DNA of 64,000 nucleotides from Verrucomicrobiia bacterium (GCA_035294005.1 DATGLT010000445.1:400-64399); one strand, 5' to 3'. Positions 41,225 to 51,409 are shown, counted from the first letter of the stretch. Notes: generated from the letters alone by a model not told the origin. Numbers and translations are program-made.

Positions 41225-43567
41225 ATGAACTCGGGAACCGAGAAAGCGCCGACGCCTTCTTTAACAGGAATGCATGGAACGTGGCGGCAGATTTGCCTCG
41301 CCGGGCTCATCCTGGCTCTTTTTTCCTCAGTTCGACTTCACGCCGCGTCCCGTTTCACTTCGGTTTTCATTTCAGAATTCCTTGCCGACAACCAACACGG
41401 GCTAACTGACACCGACGGAGATCATCCGGGTTGGATTGAACTGTACAATGCGGGGTTTGAGACCGTAAACCTGGCCGGCTGGTTTCTCTCGGATTCGACC
41501 ACAAACCTGGCAAAGTGGCGTTTTCCGGAAGTGGGGATCCTTCCAGGCGCTTATATGGTCGTGTTCGCTTCTGGAAAAAACCGGACCAAGGACCTGGTTC
41601 GGCTCCACACCAATTTTCGTCTCGCTACCGAAGGAGGATATCTCGCATTGTGCGGCCCCCGAACGAACATTGTTTCGGATTTTGAGGATCGTTACCCAAA
41701 GCAAATGCCGGATGTGTCTTACGGCCGCGTTCGCGGGGAACCCGACCTCTGCGGGTTCATGCAGGAGCCAACCCCGGGCAAGCCCAACGCCAGCAGCGGA
41801 CCCGGGTTTGCGCCCAGTGTGCAGTTCTCAAGAGCCGGCGGTGCATTCGTCGAGCCTTTTTCTGTTGAACTGTCATGCACATTCACAGGGGCGGTCATCC
41901 GCTACACGTTGGATGGGCGGCTGCCCAGCCGAAGGTCCCCAAGGTATGAAGGGCCGATTTCCATCACAAATTCAACCTGCGTGCGCGCCCGCGCTTACGT
42001 TGAGGAATTTCTGCCGGGACCGCCGCGCGGGGAAACGTATACCCTCCTGGGATCGAATGTGATTGGTTTCGACTCAAACCTGCCGGTGCTCGTGATGGAC
42101 ACTTTGGGCGCCGAACGCTCGACCTCAAGCCGTTCTTCCGTTGTTCAATTATCTTTTTACGAACCGGTGAACGGCAGAACGCGTCTCACCAATTCTCCGT
42201 CCCTGACCACCCGGGGCGGTTATCACATCCGCGGCTCGACCTCGGCGGGTATGCCGCAAACTCCTTACGCGCTGCAGTTCCTGAACGAATTTAACCACGA
42301 GCAGCATCTGCCGGCGTTGGGCATGCCTGCGAATTCCGATTGGGTTCTGTACGCGCCAACGGAATTCGATTCGGTGATGATCCATAACCCGTTCATTCAC
42401 CAGTTGAGCAGGGACATGGGCCGTTATTCACCCCGTACTCGGTTTGTGGAAGTTTTCCTGGCCCGGCACGCCGGACCTGTTCAAACCCGGGATTATCACG
42501 GCTTGTACGTGCTCGAAGAGAAAATCAAGGTGGGGAAGCATCGAGTCGCCATTGACCGGATAGGGCCCGAGGATCTGCAGCCCCCGGAGGTGACGGGCGG
42601 CTATCTGGTAAAGTTTGACCGGCCGGGCCCCGAGGAGAGCGGGTTCTGGGCGGGTGGGGCTTCCATGATTTATGTCGAACCAAAAGAGCCGGTGATTAGC
42701 CTCCCTCAACGCGCGGAGCAGCGGCAGTATCTCTCGGCGTACTTCGATGAGTTCGAAGAAGTGCTGCGCAGCTCAAACTGGAAAGATCCTGTGCATGGGT
42801 ACCGGGCGTACGTCGATGTTGATTCCTGGATCGATTTCCATGTCTTGGAGGTGCTTAGCGGGAACGTGGATGCACTGCATTTCAGCACCTACTTTTACAA
42901 ACCCCGGAACGGCAAAATCACCTACGGCCCGCATTGGGATTTCGACCGGGCACTCGGTTCAAGTGATTATCGGGATTCCGAACCGCGGCGCTGGAATACC
43001 GGCAGGTTTTTTCATGCGCCGTGGTGGGGGCGACTGTTCACCGACCCGGATTTCTGGCAACTGTGGGTCGATCGGTGGCAGGCTTTGCGCTCCACAACCT
43101 TTTCCGAGCAACACATGTTTGGCCTCATCGATCGCCTAGCCACTGAAGTGCGCGAAGCCCAGCCGCGCGAGGCCAGTCGCTGGGATCTCCAGCCCAGGTG
43201 GGGCACCTATCAAAGTGAAGTCGATTGGATGAAAAACTGGCTGACTCAGCGAACCGAATTCATTGATCAGCAACTGGTCCAGCCCCCAAAGCTGGACCGA
43301 TCTTCCGGACCGGTCAGCAGCGGAACGCCTATTACATTGAGAGGCCCGGAAGGCGCAACCGTTTATTACACACTGGACGGCTCCGACCCGCGCGCTGCTC
43401 AAGGCGCCGTTTCAACCAATGCGCTGGTATATAGCGAGCCTATCGCCGTGCAGTCCAGTGTTCAAATCACAGCTCGTTCTCGCAACCCAATGCAGCGTCA
43501 AGTTGGAGGCCCGCCAATTTCGACCCCATGGTCCGGCCCGGTGAGCGCCCGGTATGAAGTTCAATAG
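41225..43567 (+). CDS. Secreted CotH kinase family protein with lamin-tail and FN3-associated/chitobiase-like domains
   Basis: ISEFLADN..D.DGD..GWIELYN (lamin tail); IRYTLDG and VYYTLDGSDP; CotH motifs YHGLYVLEEKIK and PHWDFDRALG. Confidence 0.88.
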   Translation: MNSGTEKAPTPSLTGMHGTWRQICLAGLILALFSSVRLHAASRFTSVFISEFLADNQHGLTDTDGDHPGWIELYNAGFETVNLAGWFLSDSTTNLAKWRFPEVGILPGAYMVVFASGKNRTKDLVRLHTNFRLATEGGYLALCGPRTNIVSDFEDRYPKQMPDVSYGRVRGEPDLCGFMQEPTPGKPNASSGPGFAPSVQFSRAGGAFVEPFSVELSCTFTGAVIRYTLDGRLPSRRSPRYEGPISITNSTCVRARAYVEEFLPGPPRGETYTLLGSNVIGFDSNLPVLVMDTLGAERSTSSRSSVVQLSFYEPVNGRTRLTNSPSLTTRGGYHIRGSTSAGMPQTPYALQFLNEFNHEQHLPALGMPANSDWVLYAPTEFDSVMIHNPFIHQLSRDMGRYSPRTRFVEVFLARHAGPVQTRDYHGLYVLEEKIKVGKHRVAIDRIGPEDLQPPEVTGGYLVKFDRPGPEESGFWAGGASMIYVEPKEPVISLPQRAEQRQYLSAYFDEFEEVLRSSNWKDPVHGYRAYVDVDSWIDFHVLEVLSGNVDALHFSTYFYKPRNGKITYGPHWDFDRALGSSDYRDSEPRRWNTGRFFHAPWWGRLFTDPDFWQLWVDRWQALRSTTFSEQHMFGLIDRLATEVREAQPREASRWDLQPRWGTYQSEVDWMKNWLTQRTEFIDQQLVQPPKLDRSSGPVSSGTPITLRGPEGATVYYTLDGSDPRAAQGAVSTNALVYSEPIAVQSSVQITARSRNPMQRQVGGPPISTPWSGPVSARYEVQ

Positions 43568-43601
43568 TTTTCCCGGAAGCTGCACTCCCCGCACTCAACG
43601 A

Positions 43602-43676
43602 GTAGCCGCCGAGGTAACGAGGCGGACCAAAGGCGCAACAGAAGCGCCGAATCCGCCTCATAACTTCGGCGGCTAC
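43602..43676. repeat. REP doublet (REPIN-like): two inverted GTAG-type REP units around a small inner hairpin
   Basis: Left arm gtagccgccgaggtaacgaggcgga (43602-43626); reverse complement of the right arm gtagccgccgaagttatgaggcgga (43652-43676); 22/25 identical. Each unit is GTAG plus a CCGCC..GGCGG palindrome. Lies between convergent cotH and purC. Confidence 0.75.
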
Positions 43677-43705
43677 GCCGGCTCGAAGGGTTTTTCAACA
43701 GTCCT

Positions 43706-44611
43706 TTAGGAGAGCAACTTCTTCCCTGTAAGCCGCTCGTACGCTTCGAGGTATTTTGACTCCGTGCGCGCGACCACCTCGGCAGGCAACGCCGGCGCGG
43801 GAGGGGACTTGTCCCAATCCAAGGTTTCCAGGTAATCGCGCACGAACTGTTTGTCAAAGCTCGGTTGACCTTTGCCAGGTTGGTACTGGTCAGCCGGCCA
43901 AAAACGCGATGAATCCGGCGTCAGGACTTCGTCGATCAGGATGAGTTCTCCGTTGAGAAGGCCGAACTCAAACTTGGTGTCGGCGATGATAATTCCCCGT
44001 TTGCGGGCATAGTCGCGGGCGGTATTGTAAATCTTGAGACTGGCAGCACGCGCTTTTTCAGCGATGTCGGCACCGACGATCCCCGCGGCTTGTGCGAAGG
44101 AAATATTTTCATCGTGGCCGGTTTCGGCTTTGGTCGCCGGCGTAAAAATGGGCTCCGGCAGTTCGGACGATTCTTTAAGTCCGGGCGGCAGCTTGACTCC
44201 GCAGACCGTCTGGCTGGCGCGATATTCTTTCCAACCGGACCCGGCAAGATAACCGCGCACGACACACTCGATCGCCAGGGGTTGGGCTTTTTTGACAATC
44301 ATGCTTCGGCCATTGAGTTGCGGGGCAAAACCCTCCAACTGCTCGGGAAGCGGTTCCTGGGCGCGCGATATCAAGTGGTTTGCCTGAAAAGCCTGCATTT
44401 GCGCGAACCAGAAATAAGAAATCTGCGTCAGGACTTGTCCCTTGTGCGGAATTCCGCTCGGCATGATGCAGTCGAATGCTGAGATGCGGTCGGTTGCAAC
44501 AAACAAAAGACGGTCGCCCAAGTCAAAAATCTCCCTGACCTTCCCGCTTTTCAGTTTCTTGATTCCCGGCAATTCAAGACGCAACACTGTTCCATCTGTT
44601 TCAATTGGCAT
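43706..44611 (-). CDS. purC: Phosphoribosylaminoimidazolesuccinocarboxamide synthase
   Basis: [75 protein letters not shown]. Confidence 0.97.
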   Translation of the reverse strand: MPIETDGTVLRLELPGIKKLKSGKVREIFDLGDRLLFVATDRISAFDCIMPSGIPHKGQVLTQISYFWFAQMQAFQANHLISRAQEPLPEQLEGFAPQLNGRSMIVKKAQPLAIECVVRGYLAGSGWKEYRASQTVCGVKLPPGLKESSELPEPIFTPATKAETGHDENISFAQAAGIVGADIAEKARAASLKIYNTARDYARKRGIIIADTKFEFGLLNGELILIDEVLTPDSSRFWPADQYQPGKGQPSFDKQFVRDYLETLDWDKSPPAPALPAEVVARTESKYLEAYERLTGKKLLS

Positions 44612-44617
44612 AGAGTT

Positions 44618-44645
44618 AATATGTCCAGTCAATCGCAACGTTCAA
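44618..44645 (-). promoter_or_regulatory. sigma70-like promoter for purC (TTGAAC-16-CATATT, 6 nt before ATG 44611)
   Basis: Minus strand reads TTGAACgttgcgattgactggaCATATTaactctATG. Confidence 0.4.
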
Positions 44646-44720
44646 GCACAAGTCGAAACGGCGCCGGAGCCTTACCGGATTCGGTCTCTGAGCGGAGACT
44701 CTTTGAATCGAGTCGACCGT

Positions 44721-46262
44721 CTACTCCCACTCGATGGTTCCCGGGGGCTTGCTGGTGATGTCCAAGCAAACACGGTTGACTCCTTTGACCTCGTTGATAA
44801 TCCGGCTGGAAAGCTTTTCCAGCAAGTCGTACGGCAGTTTGACCCAGTCAGCCGTCATGCCGTCCTGCGATTCGACAGCTCGCAGTGCGATCGTGTAATC
44901 GTAAGTCCGCTCGTCGCCCATTACCCCGACGCTGCGCACGGGCAGCAGCACCGCAAAGCTCTGCCAGATTTTATAGTACCAATCCGTGGCTTTCATTTCC
45001 TCCACAACAATCGAATCTGCATTGCGGAGAATTTCCAGCCGCGAAGGCGTGACTTCGCCCAGAATGCGCACGGCCAGGCCGGGGCCGGGAAAAGGCTGTC
45101 GCAGCACGATCTCCCGGGGAAGTCCCAACTCCAGGCCCAACTCGCGCACCTCATCTTTGAAGAGGCACTTGAGCGGTTCGACCAGCTGAAATCTCATTTT
45201 TTTTGGCAACCCCCCGACGTTGTGATGACTCTTGATCATTGCCGCGGGATTGCCTGCAATCGGCACCGATTCGATCACATCGGGGTAAAGCGTTCCCTGC
45301 GCAAGGAACCTGGCTTTTCCGACTCTGCGGGTAGCGGACTCGAATACTTCAATGAACGTTTTGCCGATGATTTTCCGTTTGCGTTCGGGTTCCGTCACGC
45401 CTTTGAGTCGGCTCAGAAAGAGCCTGGTGGCGTCTTCGTATTGGAGCTTGATGCGAAAATGGCGTCCAAAAACTTCGCGCACGACGGTGGACTCCTTCCC
45501 GCGAAGCAGGCCGTTGTTGACAAAGATGCACGTGAGTTGATCGCCGACAGCTTTGTGTAACAGGGCGGCGGCAACGCTCGAATCGACTCCTCCGCTCAAG
45601 CCAAGAATGACCTTTTCCTGCCCTACCTTGGCCTGGATGGTTTCGACCGCCTGGTCGATGTAGCTTCGCATCGTCCAGGTTTTGCCGCAGCCGCACACGT
45701 TGTGGACGAAGTTCGCAATGATTTCTTTCCCGTGCGGTGTATGCACCACCTCCGGATGGAATTGCAGCCCAAAGCTTTTGTGGTCCTGGCTCTCGATGGC
45801 GGCGTAATCGGAATTCTCGGTCACGGCGACGGAACTAAAACCTTTGGGCAGCCGCGTCAGCTTGTCTCCGTGAGAATTCCAGACCTGCAATGTCTCGGGC
45901 AGGTTCGCGAACAGCGGACAGAAACTGTCTTTGACTCGTAGTGTGCCTTTTCCGTATTCCCGCCGTTGTCCAGGCTCAACTTTGCCGCCGAGGTATTGAG
46001 CCATGAGTTGAAGGCCGTAGCAAATTCCGAGAATCGGAACGTTCAATTTGAAGATCTGGCGCGCCGGGAGTGGGGCGTCTTTGCTGTAGACGCTCGATGG
46101 CCCTCCGGACAGGATAATGCCTTTGGGGGCCATTTCGCGCAGTTCGTCCGGGGGTATATCGTAGCGGACAATCACCGAGTACACATTGCATTCGCGGATT
46201 CGGCGGGCTATCACCTGGGTGTATTGGGACCCGAAATCCAAAATGACAATTTGCTCAGTCAT
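44721..46262 (-). CDS. guaA: GMP synthase (glutamine-hydrolysing)
   Basis: [72 protein letters not shown]. Confidence 0.98.
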   Translation of the reverse strand: MTEQIVILDFGSQYTQVIARRIRECNVYSVIVRYDIPPDELREMAPKGIILSGGPSSVYSKDAPLPARQIFKLNVPILGICYGLQLMAQYLGGKVEPGQRREYGKGTLRVKDSFCPLFANLPETLQVWNSHGDKLTRLPKGFSSVAVTENSDYAAIESQDHKSFGLQFHPEVVHTPHGKEIIANFVHNVCGCGKTWTMRSYIDQAVETIQAKVGQEKVILGLSGGVDSSVAAALLHKAVGDQLTCIFVNNGLLRGKESTVVREVFGRHFRIKLQYEDATRLFLSRLKGVTEPERKRKIIGKTFIEVFESATRRVGKARFLAQGTLYPDVIESVPIAGNPAAMIKSHHNVGGLPKKMRFQLVEPLKCLFKDEVRELGLELGLPREIVLRQPFPGPGLAVRILGEVTPSRLEILRNADSIVVEEMKATDWYYKIWQSFAVLLPVRSVGVMGDERTYDYTIALRAVESQDGMTADWVKLPYDLLEKLSSRIINEVKGVNRVCLDITSKPPGTIEWE

Positions 46263-46451
46263 GGCGCCTTTGAAAAACGGGAAATCTGATCCGTGCAACC
46301 CCGTTTGGCGAGAGAAAAGTGCGGGATTTTTTTATCGAGTTTTTTTCACCCCGCAGAGACGTGGAACCGCCGCGAGGTTGATTTGCAGCATTGCAATGGC
46401 GTTGCGAACTTGCGCGAAGCGCGACGGCCTTTGGCCGGCACGGGCCATCGC

Positions 46452-46814
46452 CTACTGCTTCACGATTTTCACACTTCCCGAATTGGCATCGTAGACGATC
46501 TTGGTTCCGTACGGCGCATCCGGGATTTTGGGAATGTACTTTTGCTGAACCAACTCGTTGAGGTCTTTAGGATTTCGCCCGTTATCGACAGCAAACATCT
46601 GGATTGCTTTGTCGAGCGAGGTCGTGTCGACGGTCGTGACGGCCGCTTGGTGGCCTTTTTGCAAGGCGCCCAAGTAACCGCCGGGGGCATTGAGCGGAGT
46701 GGTTCCGTTATTCGAGGCGTTGGTGCTGCCAGCCGCGGTCGAGGAATCCGGTTTCTGATCGCAGGCGCACAGGATCAGCGCAGAGGCGAGTGCGAGGTAA
46801 CGAGGTGCTTTCAT
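46452..46814 (-). CDS. Lipoprotein with S/T/N-rich linker and pseudopilin-like C-terminal domain
   Basis: Lipobox LCAC; AIQMFAVDNGRNPKDLNELVQQKYIPKIPDAPYG resembles the GspG-type L...Y..D.G.YP..L..LV motif. TAAACT lies 6 nt before the ATG. Confidence 0.6.
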   Translation of the reverse strand: MKAPRYLALASALILCACDQKPDSSTAAGSTNASNNGTTPLNAPGGYLGALQKGHQAAVTTVDTTSLDKAIQMFAVDNGRNPKDLNELVQQKYIPKIPDAPYGTKIVYDANSGSVKIVKQ

Positions 46815-46839
46815 ACGGCGAGTTTAAACCCGGGGGACG

Positions 46840-46873
46840 AAAAATAAAAGAGCCGGGCAAACCCATGCCCGGC
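46840..46873 (-). terminator. Rho-independent terminator after the small lipoprotein gene
   Basis: Minus strand reads GCCGGGCA-tgggtt-TGCCCGGC followed by tcttttattttt. Confidence 0.7.
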
Positions 46874-46910
46874 GTGAATGACATCCCCAAATTGTTTGGA
46901 AGTAATGTCC

Positions 46911-47042
46911 TTACTTGTTGGTGCTCGCGGCGGGCGGAGCATTGGTGCTGGCACTCGAGGTGTCGCTGCCGCTTTGGTTACAGCCCGCAAACACGCCCAC
47001 TGCGAGGCCCAATAGTGCAATAAGGGTCAATAGCCTTTTCAT
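46911..47042 (-). CDS. Small 43-aa lipoprotein (below the ORF-track size cutoff)
   Basis: MKRLLTLIALLGLAVGVFAGCNQSGSDTSSASTNAPPAASTNK*: basic n-region, hydrophobic core, lipobox FAGC, followed by a terminator. Confidence 0.75.
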   Translation of the reverse strand: MKRLLTLIALLGLAVGVFAGCNQSGSDTSSASTNAPPAASTNK

Positions 47043-47134
47043 AGTGGGGTTAACCTTGACCAGAAATCCTTGTAGGACTAGTAAAAAGTTACCCTACCAT
47101 CCCTGCGCAAAACTCCTGCGCGTTTGGGGTGGTG

Positions 47135-47818
47135 TCACCGCGCTTTCCCGGAAGGCCGCCGGCCAATCACCAGAAACTGTTCGCCTTTCCAACGCCAAAG
47201 CAAAGGCAGCTTGAGATAGAGCCCTATGCACCACATCGGATATTGCCGCGCACCCACCATGGTGTAGGGCAGGAAACGAGCGTAGCAGTTCTCGATCTCA
47301 AAGCCTCGAACGGCCATCCCTTCGGACAATGAAGTTTCTGTCAACGGCAGGTAATGGTCCCAAAAATCCCAATACCGGCCGTCCGTGAACTTGATATTTG
47401 GCCCCATGGCAATGAGCCGTCCGCCGGGTTTGAGACAGCGAAAGACCTGTTCCAAAGTGCGGCCGAGGGCTGTCTTATCGGGGAGATGCTCGAAGAAATT
47501 GCTGGTGAATACGACATCGAGGTGAGCATCGGGCAAGGGCCACGTTGTGGAACAATCCTGCTCGAGGAACTGGACGCCGGGAGCGAGGTTGGACCGAGTG
47601 TTCGGGTTGAGGTCCATGCCGAACTTGGAAGCAGCGCGGACGGTGTTGATAAACTCGCCGTAACCGCAACCGAGATCCAAAACGGCGGCGCCCTCGGGAA
47701 CGAGGCGCTGGAAGAAGTTGGGCACCAGGACCTGCCAGACGCGCAGGCGATAGTCCCGCACCGCGTCAAACCGGTTGCCGTAAACCCGGGCTAATTCACT
47801 TTGTCGTTCGTCCTGCAT
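47135..47818 (-). CDS. Class I SAM-dependent methyltransferase
   Basis: VLDLGCGYGEF, LDVVFTSNFFEH, CLKPGG. Confidence 0.88.
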   Translation of the reverse strand: MQDERQSELARVYGNRFDAVRDYRLRVWQVLVPNFFQRLVPEGAAVLDLGCGYGEFINTVRAASKFGMDLNPNTRSNLAPGVQFLEQDCSTTWPLPDAHLDVVFTSNFFEHLPDKTALGRTLEQVFRCLKPGGRLIAMGPNIKFTDGRYWDFWDHYLPLTETSLSEGMAVRGFEIENCYARFLPYTMVGARQYPMWCIGLYLKLPLLWRWKGEQFLVIGRRPSGKAR

Positions 47819-48584
47819 CTTGTTTCATGTAATCACCGCGGCTGAAGTATTTCTCAAGCCAAACGTAAAGGCAGATAAACAAGTAGCGGCTGCCCATCTC
47901 GCGAATTTTCAGCTTGGCCTCGCCGGTCCGCCGGTTTCGCCATGTGATCGGGATCACGGTCCAACTGAACCCGCGCACAATGGCTTTAAGAGGCAACTCG
48001 ACGGTTAAGTTGAAATGCGGCGAAATGAGTGGTTTACAGCCCTGGATCACTTCTCGGCGGTACGCTTTGAAGGCGTTTGTGGTATCGTTGAGCCGCACTG
48101 CAAAAATCGTTTTTAAAAAGAAATTCGCCATTCGATTCACGATCAGCTTGATCTTCGGGTAATCAATCACCCCGCCGCCTTTCATGAACCGGCTTCCAAA
48201 AACACAATCCCAGCCCTGGTTCAGCTCGTGCCAATAGCGGACCACATCGCGACAATCATCCGATTCGTCCGCCATCATGATGACAACCGCGTCGCCCTTG
48301 AAGCGGTCCAACCCGCAGGCAACCGCACGGCCGAATCCGTGCAGCGCTTCGTTTTTGACGGGAACCAGTTCCGGCATATTGACCGCCAGCTTGGAGAGGA
48401 GTTGCCACGTTTCATCCGTGCTGCCGTCGTCCACCACCACGATTTCATGCGGCACTTCGTGCAGCTTCAGTTCCAGATGCAAGTGTTGGACGGTCGAAAG
48501 AATGCAACCGGATTCGTTGCGAGCGGGAATGACGACCGAAAACAGCGACAGCGGCCTGGGTTCGGGTGATTGCGGCTTGCTCAT
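47796..48584 (-). CDS. Glycosyltransferase family 2 (Dpm1/ArnC-like)
   Basis: SVVIPARNE, VVDDGSTD, IMMADESD, VFGSRF, DTTNAFKAYRR; ATGA overlap with the epimerase. Confidence 0.9.
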   Translation of the reverse strand: MSKPQSPEPRPLSLFSVVIPARNESGCILSTVQHLHLELKLHEVPHEIVVVDDGSTDETWQLLSKLAVNMPELVPVKNEALHGFGRAVACGLDRFKGDAVVIMMADESDDCRDVVRYWHELNQGWDCVFGSRFMKGGGVIDYPKIKLIVNRMANFFLKTIFAVRLNDTTNAFKAYRREVIQGCKPLISPHFNLTVELPLKAIVRGFSWTVIPITWRNRRTGEAKLKIREMGSRYLFICLYVWLEKYFSRGDYMKQDAGRTTK

Positions 48585-49645
48585 GAGCCAGCGCAAATAT
48601 CGAGCCAATCCGGATGATCGACCGCGTGTCGGGCGATTTCCTCGAGAATTGATTCCATGGGTGTTGCTGGGGTCCAGCCCCACTCACGCTGTGCGCGCGA
48701 AGAATCCAACACAAGCCAGGGCACATCGTACGGGCGGTTGGCAGGTTCCGATTTGACCTGGTGCTGCCCAAACCGACCGGCGCACCACTGGCTGAGCTTT
48801 GCCAGAGATATGCTGTTGGCAACGCCTCCTGACACGTTGAGCACACCGCCGCCCTTTTCAGGTTGCTTCAATTGGGAGGCAACCAATTGCGCCAGGTCGC
48901 GCGGGTGCAGACAATCCCTGACCTGGTAGCCTGTTCCGTTGAAGCCAATGTATTTCAAGGGCAGGCGGCGACAATACGAATGAATCCAGAAACTGTAAAT
49001 CCCCTGGTCCGCCTTGCCGAATTGGCCTGCGCCCGCCATCACACCGCAACGATTCACGTGCACGGGAAAATCGAAAGCCTTCGAGTATTCGAGGGCCAGG
49101 AATTCTGAGGCCAGCTTGGCCGAACCGTAAAGAGAAAGCGGCGGTTGGGTTGAAAAACCCTCGGATACGCCCTCCCTGGTAACGCCTGGGATCTTGCAAG
49201 CATCGGATGTCGGCGAGAACGCTGAATCCGTGACGGTCACAGCCAGCGACGCAAGCTCGGACTGCGAGTAAACCCGGCTGGTACTGAGCATTACCAACCC
49301 GGCCTTATGACGCTTGCAGTATTCCAGAACGTTAATCGTGCCCACCAGGTTGTGTTCCATTAATTGGCGGCTGCTCGTCTCGGCCCCGATACCAGCCAGC
49401 ACGCTCGGGTTCGCGGCGGCGTCAATAACCCAGTCGACCTTGGGGAGGGTTTCCAGATCGCTAGGGTTGCGAACGTCGCCATGCAACAAGTGCGCCGACG
49501 CGTGCAGTATACGCCGATTCAGTTCACTCCCTAGCCGGCTAAGATTATCCAGCCCAATGATCTCCAGACCTTCACAGCGCGCGCGCAACTCGTTCGAAAG
49601 GACGCTGCCGACGAACCCGCAAATGCCAGTGATGAGAACTTTCAC
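48581..49645 (-). CDS. NAD-dependent epimerase/dehydratase (RfbE/CDP-paratose 2-epimerase-like)
   Basis: ITGICGFVG, DNLSR.GS, STSRVY, YGSAK (YxxxK), QVRDCLH. Confidence 0.85.
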   Translation of the reverse strand: MKVLITGICGFVGSVLSNELRARCEGLEIIGLDNLSRLGSELNRRILHASAHLLHGDVRNPSDLETLPKVDWVIDAAANPSVLAGIGAETSSRQLMEHNLVGTINVLEYCKRHKAGLVMLSTSRVYSQSELASLAVTVTDSAFSPTSDACKIPGVTREGVSEGFSTQPPLSLYGSAKLASEFLALEYSKAFDFPVHVNRCGVMAGAGQFGKADQGIYSFWIHSYCRRLPLKYIGFNGTGYQVRDCLHPRDLAQLVASQLKQPEKGGGVLNVSGGVANSISLAKLSQWCAGRFGQHQVKSEPANRPYDVPWLVLDSSRAQREWGWTPATPMESILEEIARHAVDHPDWLDICAGS

Positions 49646-50254
49646 GACACGAACGTGTTACGGTGGAGATGGGTTGTCGGCAGGGTGCTTTAACATTGTA
49701 ACGATTTCCAAGGTGCTAGCTTAAAAAGTGCGCCGGCATTGGCGAAATTGTGAGCTGTTTTATGCTTTTTCAGAGGGCCAAGCCATGGACGATCAATGCG
49801 GGTTTTTCAACCCACTAGCAAGGTCAAACCTTGTCTACCATTGCAGATGAACGCGGATGGCATTTTGCCAAGAGATTCACTCCGAAATCGAATATATGTC
49901 CCGATTTTTTTCGTGCTGAAGGAGAAAAAATCACTTTCATTGCTTCATTCCAGATACTGGGACGGAAAATTGAATTCTGCCCCATTGGTTTACTGAGTTG
50001 AAGAGCGACACTGGGATCGTTTTTGAAATCGCAGGGTTTCAACCTTGACGTCGTCGCGGATTTCGGTGATTAAACTGTTTACCAGGACGTAGAGTTCACG
50101 GCCTTATGAAAATTCCGACCGGTCATTGTCTAGGAGATCATTCAGTTCGTCGGTTCGTAGCAGGCGCGCTTGACTGCCAGCCAGCTCGCGTTGGTTGAGC
50201 CTGTCGTCAAGCCGATACCCGTTAACCCTAAATCGTTACTGTGAAGGCACCCCT

Positions 50255-51409
50255 TTGAGGTTTCTCGTTGCTCAATCGGCTCTTATTGTTGCTGTAAGCC
50301 TAATCTCTGCAAGGGGAGGAGCTGAGACTCGAATGCTTACAAATGACTGGTCGTTTGTGCTCGTATACGCTAGCGATTCTTCACCCGCTATCGCGGACGA
50401 CGGAACACTTTATTTAGGGGCTTGGAACGGAGACCTGCGGGCATTGCACCCGGATGGGTCACCTAAGTGGCTGTTTCATGCCGGCCGCGAGATCAAGTCC
50501 TCCCCTGCGATCGGTTTTGATGGAACGATCTATTTCGGAAGCCGGGACCGCAAGCTCTACGCGCTGGGTTCTGAAGGCAACAAAAAATGGGATTTTAAGA
50601 CCGGAGCGTGGGTCGACGCATCGCCGGCGATTGGCCTCGACGGAACCATTTACTTTGGGTCTTGGGATAAAAGCTTTTACGCACTGACAAGGGACGGCTC
50701 CGAGCGATGGCGATTTCAAACGGGCGGCGAAATCAGCGCATCCGCAGCTATCAACTTCCAAGGGAATATTTGTTTCGGTTCGCATGATGGGAAGTTTTAT
50801 GTACTTCAGCCAGATGGGCATCCTGTGTGCAGCTATCCGACAGGCGGCCCGATTATCTCATCCCCGGCGATTACCCTGAGCAACACGGCTTATTTCTCGT
50901 CCACAGATGGCTTTTTCTACGCGCTGGATGCGCGGGGTTCTTTGTTATGGCGGCTCAAAACAGGCGGAATCAGCGAATCGTCACCGGTTATTGGAAACGA
51001 TGGAACCATTTATGTCGGCGTTAACCGCGCTTTTTGGGCAATCTCGTCCGACGGGAAGAAACAGTGGGAACAGGCCGACACTCAACTGGTCGATGCTTCG
51101 CCTTTGGCTCTGCAGGATGGCAGCGCCTGCTTCGTTTCCCGTTTGGGTGACTTAGTAAACCTCAACGGTCCCAATCAGTTCAATTGGCTATTTTACCAGA
51201 ATTGGTACGGCTCGGTGTCTCCTTCCGTTGGAACAGACGGGAAGATTTACACGTTTGGCAACGTCGTAGGAAAAGGAACGATTCTCTATGCTTTGCCGAC
51301 ACATTATAAATTGGCCGGTTCCTCATGGCCACGATTCCGAGGAGACGCTCATGGCACAGGGAGAGCGTGCCAATCGGAATGGCGCGATTCCGTTTCAGCT
51401 GGACCGTAA
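50255..51409 (+). CDS. Secreted PQQ-binding-like beta-propeller repeat protein
   Basis: Repeated SSPAI..DGTIY.GS.D..LYAL...G...W units; C-terminal WPRFRGD..GTG. Start uncertain (TTG 50255 gives a signal peptide). Confidence 0.85.
   Translation: MRFLVAQSALIVAVSLISARGGAETRMLTNDWSFVLVYASDSSPAIADDGTLYLGAWNGDLRALHPDGSPKWLFHAGREIKSSPAIGFDGTIYFGSRDRKLYALGSEGNKKWDFKTGAWVDASPAIGLDGTIYFGSWDKSFYALTRDGSERWRFQTGGEISASAAINFQGNICFGSHDGKFYVLQPDGHPVCSYPTGGPIISSPAITLSNTAYFSSTDGFFYALDARGSLLWRLKTGGISESSPVIGNDGTIYVGVNRAFWAISSDGKKQWEQADTQLVDASPLALQDGSACFVSRLGDLVNLNGPNQFNWLFYQNWYGSVSPSVGTDGKIYTFGNVVGKGTILYALPTHYKLAGSSWPRFRGDAHGTGRACQSEWRDSVSAGP

Noticed and set aside
46263-46451. Purine riboswitch upstream of guaA
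   Set aside because: No conserved purine-aptamer core sequences or three-way junction are visible.
49824-50240. 72-aa ORF, and a protein-like frame with an internal stop (…DNDRSEFS*GRELYVLVNSL…) in the spacer before the PQQ gene
   Set aside because: No recognisable motif or proper start. It could be a gene remnant but cannot be supported without a homology search.
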